Counted from the first letter of the stretch, positions 30,125 to 44,126 are shown. The stretch is 64,000 nt of DNA from the human T2T-CHM13v2.0 reference genome, Homo sapiens (GCF_009914755.1 NC_060944.1), one strand, 5' to 3'. The notes: generated from the letters alone by a model not told the origin. A program made the numbers and translations.

Positions 30125-33100
30125 AAGCGAGATCGGTGGGAATTCCATCCAGAAGATTCCCAAGGCCTTTTTCCATACAGGAGAATAACCCAGAAGAGGC
30201 TTCCTCAGGGGACGGGGCTGGCTATATGTGATTGTTTTTCAACAGAGCTCTGGCATGTGGCTTTCTGTCCCAGGAGAGCCTTGGCAATTTAAAGAGGCAA
30301 TTGCTTCTTGGGCTCACCCTTCAAAAATGGAACTAATGGAGCCACAGATTCCATCACAGGAGCTCTGGGGAACTGGATAAAACCCAAGAACGACTGATTC
30401 TAGACAACATCAATATTTGTCCCATTAAAACGTGCAGTATAAAAATCAGTTACATTGTTGACCATGCTGCTCGGGTCCTCATGGGCTAATCCCTCCTTAT
30501 GAAACCTGATCTCTCTCACTCCCTCATGCTGAGAGGCAAAGAGCTTTGCAAAGGGGCCAGTGCATCTGGCCCCATCACCCCTCGGAGCTCCATCGGTGAC
30601 GATGTCTCTGGCTGACCCCATTTCGTCGGTTCTTTCCTTCCCATATAGCTAAGTCTTCCGGCACAGTCGCCAATGCAAATCACCCACTTATGTTCTCACA
30701 CAAAATTCAATTGCCAATTTGTCTTTTTATTTCTTACACTTAAAGTGATTTGCCTTCAAATAATCTACGATGAATTGTTCATTTTACTACCGCAGGAAGC
30801 AATTGGTTCATCCAGGGAGCCACTAAGTTTACAATCATTGTCGGGGAACTCGTACTTCTCCAGCTTCCCTGTGCAGCAGCTGGGGAAGCCCCTCGGGGGG
30901 CTGCTGAACAGGGGGTACAGTGCTTTCCCCCGGTTCCTGTGTCCCCCCCACCCACGGAGTCAAGAACCAGCCACTTCTTCCCCTGCCTTTGGGTGGGGCT
31001 GGGGGACAGGAGTCAGTGCTGGTTTAGCTGGTGCCCTGGGATGCAGGTTCCTCTCTGGGAAGTCATTAATTAGCTTCATTTGCCTCACTGGCACTGGCGT
31101 TTGGCCATAATGGAGATGGATTTGATGGTATAATCCCTCGTGGGAAATGTGAATGAATTCCAGAGGAAGGGGAATTGGCCCGGGAAAACAGGCGGCCTGC
31201 TCTGGCTTAGTGCTCCTCCTCACCCACACGCACACCAGGCCATCGCCCCAGCCTGGGCTTGGCCCCCGCCCTCTGGGAAGGGACATGCCCTTGCTCCTCA
31301 TTTGCAGATATGAAGGCAGGTGGACCACCTCTGAGACCACTGTCTCAGGCATCACAAGCCTCTGTCTCTCCCTTCACAATAGACTCAGACGAGGTTTGCC
31401 AGGTCTGGGCCATCTGAGAAACCTAAAGCCTTGGAAACAGAAAGAACCTGGCCGCATCTGCCCCTGGGCTGGTCTGGCTTAGTCAGGAGGGCAGCCCTTG
31501 GCCCAGGGCACAGACACATGCCTGGGAAGGAAAGCGAACGTGTGGCACACACTGCTCTCGTCTTTCCATTCATCCTTTATCTTTTCAGCAAACCTGTGCG
31601 ACATAGGACTTGCTCTCCCAACACCTGTAACTCCTGCTTTGTAGAGGGATGTCAGGAAGGAGGACGGAAGGAATTTTGAGGTAGAAATAGTGTGAGGCGT
31701 TCTGGTCAAGGCATGGGCTACTTATCCACCTGCTGACAGAGATCCTCAAGCTGCGAGAAGGTGTAATATCAAAAGCACACTGTGGAATTTAATTGGCAAT
31801 TAGAGATGGTGGCTTCCAGCTGGCCCTCTAATGTCCTCTTTCAGAAAGAGAAAGTGGACTGTAGCTCTGGAAGTAGGTGACCCAGGGGAATGGGACGTGC
31901 CAAGAACTGGGAGGCCAAGAGCCAGCACAGATCTCACATGGACACAGGAATGCTCCAGAAAGCACAATGCATTATTGATTGTCATGAAAGGAGAGACTGA
32001 AGTTTTATCTTAAATGTATGTCTGCATAAAAGAACCTGACAGGGCAAATCAATAAACAAGAGGATTGCTTGTCGGGAATGGCCAGTTTTATTGTTTTTGT
32101 TTTTTTTAATCCAAAAAATGCTCAAAGAAAGAAGGATGACTTCCTAGTCAGGTAGGTCAGAGAAGGTGGCAGAAAGTGTGGTGGGAGGCCTGGGAAGCAG
32201 GGCTGGCTTGCTGAATTACAAAACAAAAAAGAAACGCTTTCCCCCTCCCTCCACCCACAAGGAGGAAGCAGACACGGGGCCTTCCCAGGTGGCCACGGTG
32301 GAAGCTGCCCCGCTGTCTGGGAGGTTTTCGTGGGCCTGTGGACGTGCCGCCCAGCAGGGACTTCCACCCCCAGAGGTGTGCAGATACACAAACAGAAAAT
32401 GCACACACACTCTGGTAAGCAACTACCTTGGATGCTGTCCTTGGCTGGACTCCCAGAATTTTCACATCATCAAGATTTCATTGAACCTTCATAGAAATTC
32501 TGGGAGATGAGCGTATGCCCCCCATTTGCCAAATAGGACATCTGAGACCACCTGCTCAACCAAGAAAGCCCTCTCCACCTCTCGCCTTATGGACACCAGA
32601 GGGAGACACTGTGAGAGGGAGCCCTTCTTCATCCCGGGACATCACGGGACGTGGCACTTGATGAAGAAAGCTGGGCTAGCCCTGAGGTCCACTCCAAGCA
32701 CAGCCTCAGAGTCAGGCAGCCGTGCTAGGGACCATGCTTCCCCCAGTGACTGACGGGGTCCTATGACCTCCTCAGCCTCAGAGGCCCACTGCAGAGAGTA
32801 GAGACAGCCACAGGCCAGCAGAGTGTGACATGAAATGAGGGATGTGGGTTCAAAACCCCTGGGCGGTGCCAGGCACCCAATCACTGCCAAATCAATCACG
32901 GCTGCTGCCATTGGTCTCACTGGCTCCTCGGGTGTTCTCTGGATTCCTCTCCTTCAGCCTGGTCTGAAGTCCACCTTGCAGGGAGACTTCCACTAACCAC
33001 CAGAGTGGAGCGTCCAGGCCCCAGGTGTAACCCAGCCCCACTGCTCCCTCTTCGGTCACAAATGTGCTTATTTTCCCCTTGCTCATTTTCTGTCACCCCC

Positions 33101-33169
33101 ACTCTATTGCAACTTTTATAATGAAGGAAGCTGGCAGATGAATAGCAGTTGTGTTCCATATCATTTGTC

Positions 33170-33213
33170 GGATGGATGGATGGATGGATGGATGGATGGA
33201 TGGATGGATGGAT
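33170..33213. repeat. (GGAT)11 microsatellite
   Basis: Perfect tetranucleotide run. Confidence 0.96.
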
Positions 33214-34447
33214 ACCTGCTTTTTGTCAGATCTCAGACTGGAGTTACAGCTGGAAGGAAAACTGTCAAACCTATAAACGACAAAAGCACATTTCAAGGCA
33301 TGGTCAGAGTACAGGGATTGGGGGGCAGGACTAACCCAATCTGAGGGACTCAGAATGTGGGGCAGAGCTTTGGAGATGCAGAAGAAAAGGGTGAGGAGGA
33401 TGGCCTCATGCTGCACTAGACCCACAGGTCCTCTGCCTGTGCGCTGTCAACTCTCTGCTCTGTAGAGAGTCCTGTTAACATATTTAAACAAGTAGACTTG
33501 ATTTCAGACTACACAGATCACCTCTCCCACAGTGTCACTCCAGCTCATGGCCACCGAGGACTGAAGCACAGCCAGGCACATCCAGAACCCACAGCGGGAG
33601 CGGGTTCCGTGGAGCAGTGCCAGGCATTTTGACTGCTCAGCAGCATCTTCAGCCTGAAGAGGCACCAGCCCGAAAGCCTCAGTGGTCTGTCACTAATGAT
33701 CGTTTAATACTGTTTGGTATCAGTTTTGTGTACACACTTCCAAACAGAGTAAATTGCATGTGGGTGTTTACATTTAAGGAGAGCTTCTATGTTAGAATTG
33801 ATAGAACTTTAATTTCCATGTGGCTTCCACAGTAAACATGCAAATGGCTCTTTTCAGTATTACCAAGCCTTAGTTATTTTTAGGGAAGCAAAATGTTTTA
33901 CTTTAGCCCCCAGACTGCATGGAATTAAAAGCAAATCCAGATGGGACCAGATTGGAGAAACAGTGACGTGGACAGAACCAGCTTGCATCTCCCGCCTCCT
34001 TCCTTGGCTCCCCTGGGTCCCAGGGGCCCTGACCCATGGCCTGAGCCGGATGGGGGATCCTCTGCTGTGGATGTTTTGCAACCTGGCAGGAGTGAAGCAT
34101 CTTGTGTGGAGTAACAGTGAGCATGGACCACTCCTGCGTTAGACGAGATCTATCTCCTGCAATAGGGATCTAAGGCATCTATCCCCGGGGAGAAGAAATG
34201 GGACAGAAGAGGGAGCGGAAGTCTTTCCCAACTCTTCTGAATCTGCCCTGATGAGAGGCACACGGTGGAGAAACAGCCACTTCTGCACTTCAGCCCATGC
34301 TGCTGGGACTCAGGGACCCTGAGCTCTTTGCGATTTAGTTACCCGTGCTCCAATCCAATTCCATAAATCGGAGACAGAGGTGGAAGCTCTGAGCACAAAT
34401 GTGGATGGTCGCAGGAGTGAAAGCAGATGATGGCCGGGACTGTCCAC

Positions 34448-34680
34448 ACTAGGACTTCTCCTCTAGGGGCAGTTCTACCTCCCAGGGGACAAGGAACAAT
34501 ACCTGGAGACCTTTGGGTTGTCACAGCTGGGTAGGCGCTACCAGCATTTACAGATGCATCCCCAGCTTCGGAGGAGGCCGGGGCTGCTGTGAGCACCCTA
34601 CAATACCTAGGTGGGACGGCCCTGATGACAAAGAACTCTCTGCTCCCAAATGTCAGTACTGCCGAGATGGGGAAACCCTG
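34448..34680 (-). mobile_element. MER20 DNA transposon
   Basis: 'ctggagacctttgggttgtcacagctggg...cccaaatgtcagtactgccgagatggggaaaccctg'. Confidence 0.8.
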
Positions 34681-35186
34681 TCCTAGAGAGGGCAGCACCA
34701 TGCCCTGCAGAGCCTGGAAATGGGCCACGAGTGGGCTACACTTGCCTGTGCCCCTGCTGGGTGCTCAAGGCAGCCTGGTGGGTGGGGCCAGTCGGAGCCC
34801 CCAGGCTGTCTCAGAGGCTTCCAGCAGCCTCATCCTCCCAACTCCATGAGCCAGACAAAGTTCATCATGGTCTGTGTGTCCTTGGAGGTAGAGAAGTTTG
34901 GGGGGCCTGGTTAGAACTCGAGAAGCAGCTGGCTGTTCTCATGTACCACGTGAATGTGATGATTAGGGCGGGGTGAGCGGCAATGGCTGCCCTTGCTGTG
35001 TGTGGCCTGAGGCCTCTGCACTGCACCTTGGGCATGCGTGACCCTATCTTAGACTCTCTGCAGCCCTTCGAGGTGAGGTCAGCAACCATTCCCACCCATG
35101 GGGCAGGAATCTGATGCCAAGAAGGCCCCTTTGTCCAGGATAACACAGGTACGCAGGGCCCAGTGATCAGGATTTGAAGTTTCACG

Positions 35187-35248
35187 CCCAGCAGCAGCCC
35201 AGCCTCACCCAGCAGCAGCCCAGCCTCACCCAGCAGCAGCCCAGCCTC
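35187..35248. repeat. 21-bp tandem repeat x3
   Basis: cccagcagcagcccagcctca repeated three times. Confidence 0.93.
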
Positions 35249-37082
35249 TCAGCCACACTGCAGAGCTGCCTGTAACCAACAGCCACCCGTGATCCACCAC
35301 AAGGTGCAAGAAAACACCTTCCGTGTCTTTCAGATGAAGAAACAAGTGCCCCAGGGCCTCCTCCCCACCTGTGGTTTACACTCTCAGAGGCCAGGGGAAG
35401 AGATGGCTAAAGGCCTCATTAAGTGGCTGGAGCCTTGTGGGCTTAGCCGTGCCTCTTGCTTTGACAGCTGTGCAGAGCTGAGTGTTTTCAGAGCTAGGGA
35501 AGGCGAGAGGGGCTGCCCTCTCTCAGGGCTCCTTTCCAGCCAACTCACCTCTGGGCCGAAGCCCATCTGCGAGAACAGACCCTGGCCCCGCAGGAACAAA
35601 GAGAGAAACTGCGCTCCTCAGGGCACTCAGTGGACCTGCCTGACAGCCACCTTGCCGGAGCAACAGGGGTTCCTAGAGGGACAAGAAGCTTCACGGCTCA
35701 GCACACGGATTACTCCTCAAGGGCCCACACCAAGCCGCTTCTCCAGTGAGAGAGGGCTCACAGCAGAATCGCAGCTTCCACTGCAGGGGAACATGGAGAT
35801 GACAGGTCCAGGATTTCACTCTGCAGGGGAGGACAGCAAGCCCTGAGGGACCATGTTGGACATAAAGACCCCAGTGGCAGCAAGCTGGTGCCGTATCGAT
35901 GGGGGGCCGAACATGACCTGGAGTTGAACGACACTCCAGGAAGCTCAGCGGGCTGGGAGCCAGGACCTCGCACACTGGAAGGGGGGTTCCCAGTGCCCAG
36001 AGCTGTCTGCCCCTCCATCAGCCCCTGAGCTGACTGTCTTTGCTTTCCTGGGGAGTCGATCTCATTCTCCACCTGCCGGGAGGACAGCCCCCTACAGCCC
36101 AAGTCTGCATTCTTTTCTGACCATGAGAGGTGGTGTGTGGCCACCCTTACACCACTGATTCAAAAACCCGGCAGGTGCCTCTCAATGATGCCAATTGCAG
36201 CCAGCGGCAACACCAGGGCTGAGTGTTCTGGAAGGGCCTCAGGCAGCGGCTCGGTGTTTCTCACAGGCTAAAATATGCTGGCCGCAGAGAGAGAATGACG
36301 GGAAGGTAGTGGCCAGCCCTAAGCGCTGGCTCCCCCAAGTCCACTCTGGGATACACAGAGGTGACTAAAGAGAGCTGGGGAAAGGTCTGGGCCGCAGAAA
36401 CCCCTGAAGAGTTCGTGGGGAACTGAGGAGCCTGCCTTCTCTTGCCATCTTGAAAAAGAAAGAAAATGAAGCAAGGATGAAGACAAGTTCGGGAGACACA
36501 CAGAGAGCTCCTGTCATTTACCCACAGGCGCTTTGGAAGGAGAGGTGATGAGGCACGGCTCCTACCCCAGGGGGCTTAGAATTAGTTGAGAATGCAAAAA
36601 AATAATAATAAAAAAATAAACTGGGCTCATCAATGAGGCCGTCTTAAATATCACATTTTTAAAAATCAGAAGAGATTAGGCTTGGGGTCAGAAAGACCCA
36701 AATTTGGCCTCCTGCAGACTCTGAGAGCTTCAGATGAACGGTTTTATCTCATAAGCCTTCATGTTCTTATCTGTACAATGGGATTAATGATACTAATAGA
36801 ATTGCCTGGTGGGACACATACCCATCTTTCCCACCGGAGAGAAAGTTTAAGAAGCTAAGGGGGGTTATTGATCATGGGGTAAGGGGATGCATAGGCAGAT
36901 GGGGTTGGGGTGTCATCTGTTTCCCCCAAAGTCCCTGCCTTGGGGGACAGAGTACTCCAGGATACATGTCCTGAGAAATAACTGAATTCCCACCCCACTC
37001 CCATCAGGAAAGGCTTCTCAGGGTTGCAGGAAGGAGGAGAGGCAGAGGGAGGTGATGCATGCAAGCCACCAGTGTGACCAGA

Positions 37083-37362
37083 CATTTTCTAGTAGCCATA
37101 CTAAAACAGGGGAAATAAATAGGCAAAATAAATTTTAGTAGTGTATTGTACTTAATTCACTATATGCAAAATACTATCACTTTGATTACAACATGTAATC
37201 AATATAAAAATATAAATGAGAAGTTGAACATACTTTTGTTATACCAAGTCTTCAAAATCTGACATATGTTTCACACTTACAACACACCTCAATTTAGACA
37301 AGACAAATGTCAAGTGTTCAAAGCTCCCAAGTGGCCAGTGGCCATCGTACTGGATGGCTCAA
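37083..37362. mobile_element. MER33 hAT-Charlie DNA transposon
   Basis: 'attttctagtagccatac...caacatgtaatcaatataaaaa...aagtcttcaaaatctg...cacacctcaatttagac...gtggccagtggccatcgtactgga'. Confidence 0.8.
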
Positions 37363-37842
37363 GTGTGCTGGGGAGGTGTGTCTTACACGGGAGCCTTCAC
37401 CTCCTGAGCATCCACCTCATGGAACCCACAGTGTTGGGAACTGAGGCTGTTTCCTCTGTGATTTCAGCTTGGGGTGATGTGGGAAGTCCCCAGTGCCCTT
37501 GTTCTACACAGCAAAAGTCATCTAAAGTGGTTTAAAACTTTCTGTAAAACATTTAAAGTTTTTAACATATCTGCAGTGAACTTTAATGGGATTCCATAAA
37601 AATTGAACAGACATCAGAATGAGCTGAAAGAGTCAGTGGATGACCTTGATGGTTTTAATTAAATTCAAAGTGAAGAGTCAAGAATTTGAGAGCTCTATAT
37701 GGCCAGCAACTCAAAAAGGGTCAAGAGCATTCGAGACAGGACCAGGTGAACACATGGACCCCTTCCTGCCCAGCTGATTCTAGGATTGATTTGAACCAGC
37801 TCACCCAGGTGTGCGGTCAAAGAAGTAACATTTCAGGTGTGA

Positions 37843-38266
<424 letters not shown>

Positions 38267-39409
38267 GATAATCATTCTTTAAAGCACCTGTGTTTCTTGT
38301 GGGATGGTAGTTCAGAGAAGCTGGAGGTATGTGTGCATTTGTGGGGTGGGAACAGAAGGACGCCTAACGTGGGGACTGGCTAGTGAAGTTGTCAGTCAAG
38401 TTTGTGAATGACTTAAATTATAGATCCCAGCCTGAGTTCTAAAAGGCTGCAAACTGCTTCACCTACTGCTTCTGGTCAGTCATCAGCATCAGTCAGAACA
38501 GTAAGGTCTAAGCCAAAGGCAGCTCCCAGTTCCAGCCACCCAGACGCCTCCTTGGCCCAGGCAGGGATGCTCCCTGAGTTCTCTGAATCTCCTTGTCGCT
38601 ACTTCTTCCCAGGCCTCTTGGCCACTTATCCTGAGCACTGTGCGTTATAGTTATGTGTGTTCTTGTATTATCTCCCCTGCTAGATTAGAAGATGTTTAAA
38701 CAGGGGGTTTGGCTCATCACTGTTCTATCTCCCAGAAGTTCCCATGGACGAGCAAAAGAGTAAGTCAAAAGCATGTGTTGAGAGACAATCAAGGCATTTG
38801 ACTTCCTCTGGCTCCTGTCATTGCTTGGTAGCCTCAAAAATCTCTGCAGTCTGGGCCAGGCCGTCTTCCTCTTTCTCCCTCCTTTTCTCTACTTTTTTGG
38901 CTTTGCAAGTGCCACAATGGGAAGTCTCAATTAACTGCTAGGCTCGGAGAAGATGACCTAGTTAACTAAATGAATGAATGATTAAAGCTAACTAAAGAGT
39001 AATCAGCAATCATTTTTCTGATGCCTATGAAAATCCTCATTGTTGAACATATTTTTAAACGCAGAAGTACCCATCTGTCTAAGCGACATTAATGCAATGA
39101 GTATTTGACTTCTCCTCGATGACTAAGGACCATTGTGTGGTCATGATTTCTCATTATGGGTGCTTCTCCAGGCTGTCCACTCTACCTTCAGCCATCGGTG
39201 CTCACCTCCTGCAAACTTCTTCTCATAAAGGATTGCATGGCTTCCAGGTACATCCAATCCTAAGTGCAAATCAACAGCTCCCTTGCCCATTGTAATCCAA
39301 AACTCTATGAGAATATGCACTAGAAAGTGCCAAATTGTAAGCCGAAAAAGTTCTGTGGAACGTATTTTGTAAAAGCCACAAAAGAGGCTGGCACATACTG
39401 TCAACCCAA

Positions 39410-39905
39410 ACCTGTCCCCACCCCTTCCTCTTCACTTAGAGAACACACATGTATTTTATCCATGCATCAAGTGGCCATGTGATTTAGAGGAGCTGGGGAC
39501 AAGCAGCCCTGATTAGATAAACCGGTCCGCTCAGCAGCGATCAGCATAGTCCTAAAATGATTGGCATTGACAACACAAACTGGAACATGAAAAGCAGTCC
39601 CCAGGGACTCCTGGAGATTTTCCCTACCTTAAAGGGAGGCACAACACTGTTCTCTCTTTCTGCCTTGGGGCAAAGTTGTCTACGGATAAGATGCTCCGTG
39701 CAATAGCAGCCACTTTGTCACCATGAGGGTGAGATCTGAGAAGCATAGCCAGCAGGATGACAGAGAAGAAAGGGGAGAGATCTTTGTTCTCACTCATATA
39801 ACCGATCACTAGATCTGCCAGCCTGGAATCTCCAGAATTTTCCATTTTGATTTAGGTTGTTAAGTGAGGCTTTCTGGGACTTACAGCTGAAATAGTAATG
39901 GATGC
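39410..39905 (+). mobile_element. ERVL LTR16/LTR33-like relic
   Basis: 'gcagccactttgtcaccatgagggtgag...ggctttctgggacttacagctgaaa'. Confidence 0.45.
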
Positions 39906-40327
39906 ACAGAACTCTTACCTCCCTCTGCCCTACAAGTAGATGGCAGTGGAAAATAAAGAGAAAAACACAGTCCAGTTAATTTTGTATTCTGAGTGGTCTG
40001 GTTCTAATTAATCATAATTTTATTTATATCTTTAACTTTTTGTTGTTGTTTTCTAGGGGCATTTTGCAGCCATGGCTTCCAAGCTGTAAGAAGTCGGCCA
40101 CGTAGACTTGGGAGTCTCTGCCTGGCTGCACCTCTGCCTTAATCTGTTTTCCTCACCCTAGAAGCTCCACACCAAAGGCTTCCTCTTAACCCTCACACCT
40201 GGATCCTGTATAAGCATGTCTGTCTGCTCTGACTTTAGCCCAGATGGTAACTCCTCGGCAGCTGTAAACATCCGAACACTCTCATAGTCAACAAAACAAC
40301 AGAGCAGGAAGGCTACAGCCCAGCACA

Positions 40328-40474
40328 CCAGGAGGCTCATGCCAAGGCACGGAGGTCTGTACTGGTCACTCTGCTTCCAGGAGGCTCGTGCCAAGGCACA
40401 GAGGTCTGTACTGGTCACTCCGCTTCCAGGAAGCTTGTGCCAAGGCACGGAGGTCTGTACTTGTCACTCTGCTT
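40328..40474. repeat. 49-bp tandem repeat x3
   Basis: Units at 40328, 40377 and 40426: ccaggaggctcRtgccaaggcacRgaggtctgtactggtcactcYgctt. Confidence 0.96.
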
Positions 40475-40951
40475 AAATGCAATAGGTTGAAGTACAACCA
40501 GTCATAAGAAACATTCTTTCCCTTTGTCCTCTAATTTTTAATTTTTGAAAATTCACATGCACTATAATTCACTTCTTTGGTTTACAATTCAGTGAGTTTT
40601 TCCACATGCACAGCTTCTTGTGTCCACCCCCACAGTCCGCGGGCAGAAGCATTCCAACTCTCCTGTGCTCTCCCCACCTCAATCTGTAGCAGCCATGGAT
40701 TTATTCTGTGTTCCTACAGTTGTGCTTCTCCAAGAATGTCACATCAACGGGCTGATATAGTAGGCAGCCCTTTGTGGCTGCATTCTCTCACATACCGTAA
40801 TGTACTCAGAATTCAATTCGTGGGGGTGTATGTACCAACACACAATCCTCTCTCTTGCTGAGTAGTATTCCATCCTGTGGATGTGCCACGGTCTGCTTAT
40901 CCAGTCACTCACTGAAGGATAACTGGGCGTTTGTGATTATGAAGAGTACTG

Positions 40952-41406
40952 TGTTCTGCAGCGGGCAGGCCTATGCAAACAGACCTCCAAGTCAGAGGAA
41001 GCTGAGAGGCCAAGAGGCTGACAAATCCAGTTTCTCAGAAAGAAACATTTACTAGGGGCTTATGAACACAAGTCACATCTGTGTTTCAGGTGGCGTTGAG
41101 AAGAGATGGTGGATCCCTGTGCTGCGCCTTCCCAGACACAGGGCTCATAGACCATAGGAAAGGAATGCAGTGGATACTTGGAGTTGACTCCTTGGGGAAA
41201 GGCAAGAATGTCATGTGAATCTGCCTGAGGGCAGGATTAATGGTCAAGATTGTTTTGACCTAAGGGCAGGATTTAAGGTAAGTGCAATGCTCTTCCACAA
41301 GGAACAGTTGATGAAATAGAAATCTTAAAGGCATTCCCGGGACTGGGGTGAATCACAAGCCAACATGCAGATCAACATCCGAGTGGGAGCTGCGCCAGCC
41401 TCCGGG
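40952..41406 (-). mobile_element. LTR47-like ERV solo LTR
   Basis: Perfect 5-bp TSD TACTG (40947-40951 / 41407-41411); 'tgttctgcagcgggcaggcctatgcaaac...gaaatcttaaaggcattcccgggactggggtgaatcacaag'; family name from memory. Confidence 0.75.
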
Positions 41407-41580
41407 TACTGCTTTAAACACTCATGGACAATTCTATGTGAACATCGATTTTATTTCTTTAGGGTAATACCAAGGAGTCAGAGTGCTGGGGGATAAAGTA
41501 ACTGTATGTATAATGTTTTACAAAACTGCTAAATGGCTTTCCAGAGAGGCCAGACTCTTTTGCATTCTCAGCTGCAATAA

Positions 41581-41968
<388 letters not shown>

Positions 41969-42026
41969 GATATTTTTAATTTTGTCCATTCTATTAGATG
42001 TTAATGGCCTCTCCTCATGGTTTTGC

Positions 42027-42652
42027 TTTTTTTATTTAAACAGTTTTTAGGTACAGGTGGTTTTTGGTTACATGAATAAGTTCTTCAATGGTGACTTCTG
42101 AGATTTTGGTGCACCTGTCACCTAAGCAGTGTACAGTGGACCCAATATGTAGTCTTTCATCCCTCACTCCCCTCCCAACCTTCCCCACTAGTTCCCAGGG
42201 TCCATTATTTCATTCTTATGCCTTTGCATCCTCATTGCTTAGCTCCCATTTATGAGTGAGAACATACAATATTTGGTTTCCCACTCCTGAGTTACTTCAC
42301 TCAGAATAATGGCCCCCAGCTCCATCCAAGTTGCTGCAAAGGCCATTATTACCTTCTGTTTTATGGCTGAGTAGTATCCATGGTGTATATATTGGTGTGC
42401 ATATACTACATTTTCTTTATCCACTTATTGATTGATGGACACTTAGGTTGGTTCCTTATGTTTGCAATTGTGAATTGTGCTGCTATAAACATGCATGTGC
42501 AGGTGTCTTTTTCACAGAATGACTTCTTTTCCTGTGGGTAGATACCCAGTAGTGGGATTGCTGGATCAAATGGTGGATCTACATTTAGTTCTTTAAGGAA
42601 TCTCCTCACTGTTTTCCATCGTGGTTGTACTAGTTTGCATTCCCACCAGCAG
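42027..42652 (-). mobile_element. L1PB1-like 3' end
   Basis: 'aggtggtttttggttacatgaataagttcttcaatggtgacttctgagattttggtgcacc'; ORF 42406-42738 gives the ORF2p C-terminus ([33 protein letters not shown]). Confidence 0.92.
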
Positions 42653-42907
42653 ATTGCCATTCCCCTACTGCTCATGATATTGGGTGTCCCGTTGCTTGAT
42701 TTTTGTAGATCTTCTGTAGCTCTTCTCCAGTAAAGCATCTGTTCAGATGTCCTCCTGAGACACTGACCTTCTTATTCTCTAGCACTCTTCCTTACTCCAC
42801 CTGCAATTAAAATCCCTGGTGATCTGGACTCCCTTACCCTAGAGTTTAGCCAAGCCCCTATGCAGGATTTCTATAACTTTACCGTTCATGTTTTCTATGG
42901 CTGGGCA

Positions 42908-43003
42908 CTGGAGATGACACGTAGATCCCAATGGTAAAATCCAGTTCAGTAAAAAGGATCCCTTGAATGTATCTGGAAGTTTCTCCAGTGCCAGGGTGAG
43001 TGC
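42908..43003 (+). repeat. Local duplication segment A, copy 1 (direct copy at 45972-46067)
   Basis: 96 bp identical except for one G/A. Confidence 0.97.
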
Positions 43004-43812
43004 TGCAACTGGAAGGACACCCCGGGACCACTAGGAGAGGACAAGGTCACCGATGAGACCGATAAGACTGCCAGCAGCAAACATTCCCAAACTGGGGGCA
43101 AAGGTTTCATGGGCAGGCTCACTCCCTGACCACATGCCCAGTGCTGGTCATGCAGTTGGGACTGAGATTGTCATAGCGATGGGAAGACTACCCTGGGCGA
43201 TCATTATGAAAAGCCTTCTGTGGGAGGAGGCTGTGGTTTTTGTTTTCTTAACCTGCATATGCATGCGCCAAATTGCTTTGGCTTTAGGAAAGCTCACTGC
43301 CTGTGTGATGGGGGTAGGGGAAGCAATTTTTAAAAAATACTAAAACTGATTACATCTGTTTATTCCTTTTCAGAAAGTGGATGAATTAATTTCAGCTGTG
43401 GATTTTTTCAATTTAGGAAAAATTGTAAATGGACCTTTTAGCTATGAAAGGTAAAGGCCCATTGACATTTTCCATGGGAGAGGTTAAGACAGAGTGAAAT
43501 TGCTCTGCCTAAAAAGTAATGCAAAAGTTCAGGTACCAGTGGCCTCCTGAAAGAAATGGGCAGGCATCCTGGGGCTCCAGCAGAGAAGACTGGAGGCAGG
43601 GCTTGCTGGAGAGACTGAAGACCAGTCCCCCAGCAAGGCAGTGGAGGGGTCTGGAGGAAGGGGGCAGGGCCAGGGAAGCATCCCGGGGCGGAGGCAGATG
43701 TCCAAGAGACGGGGCTGACAGCGACGCCTGGTGCTCCACGCCCCAGGCTGCAGTCACCCAGTGTTACCCACAAACCACCATTCCATGGCCTGTGCTCCCA
43801 CTTGCACAAAAG

Positions 43813-44126
43813 TCACAGGTTCCAGGGATCAGGATGTGGACATCTTTGGGAGCCATTATTCTGCCCCCTACACCTAATAACACGAATGTCTTAGAAAATG
43901 GCAAATACACAATGTGCCTAACTGACAGCGGGGTTCCTGGGGAAGGATGGTAATATTTTGTCAAAAGGCTCATTCCAGACCAATAATCCTACAGCCCACG
44001 GAGAAAACGATGCATTTCCCTGGATCCAGCCAGATCCCGAGCCCATGAGACTGCAGTCTCTTTATAGGACTCCCAGGGCCCGGCGCCCTCAAGGCCTCGT
44101 GGGGCAATGGCGGGATTGTGCTGAGC
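43813..44126 (+). repeat. Local duplication segment C, copy 1 (direct copy at 47116-47427)
   Basis: ~90% identity by eye; near-identical ORF translations SKGSFQTNNPTA.GENDAFPWIQPDP.PMRLQSL at 43958 and 47232. Confidence 0.97.

Noticed and set aside
29557-30188. 205-aa repetitive ORF, CRISPR-like look, and TATCACC resembling a lambda operator half-site
   Set aside because: Head-to-tail 25-bp repeats with no spacers and no cas genes, in primate DNA; the operator likeness is a 7-bp coincidence.
42904-42992. Possible C/D snoRNA, pre-miRNA or MITE (11-bp terminal stem)
   Set aside because: No canonical RUGAUGA/CUGA placement, the interior pairs poorly, there is no TSD, and the second copy lacks the left arm. 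Kept only as a junction feature.
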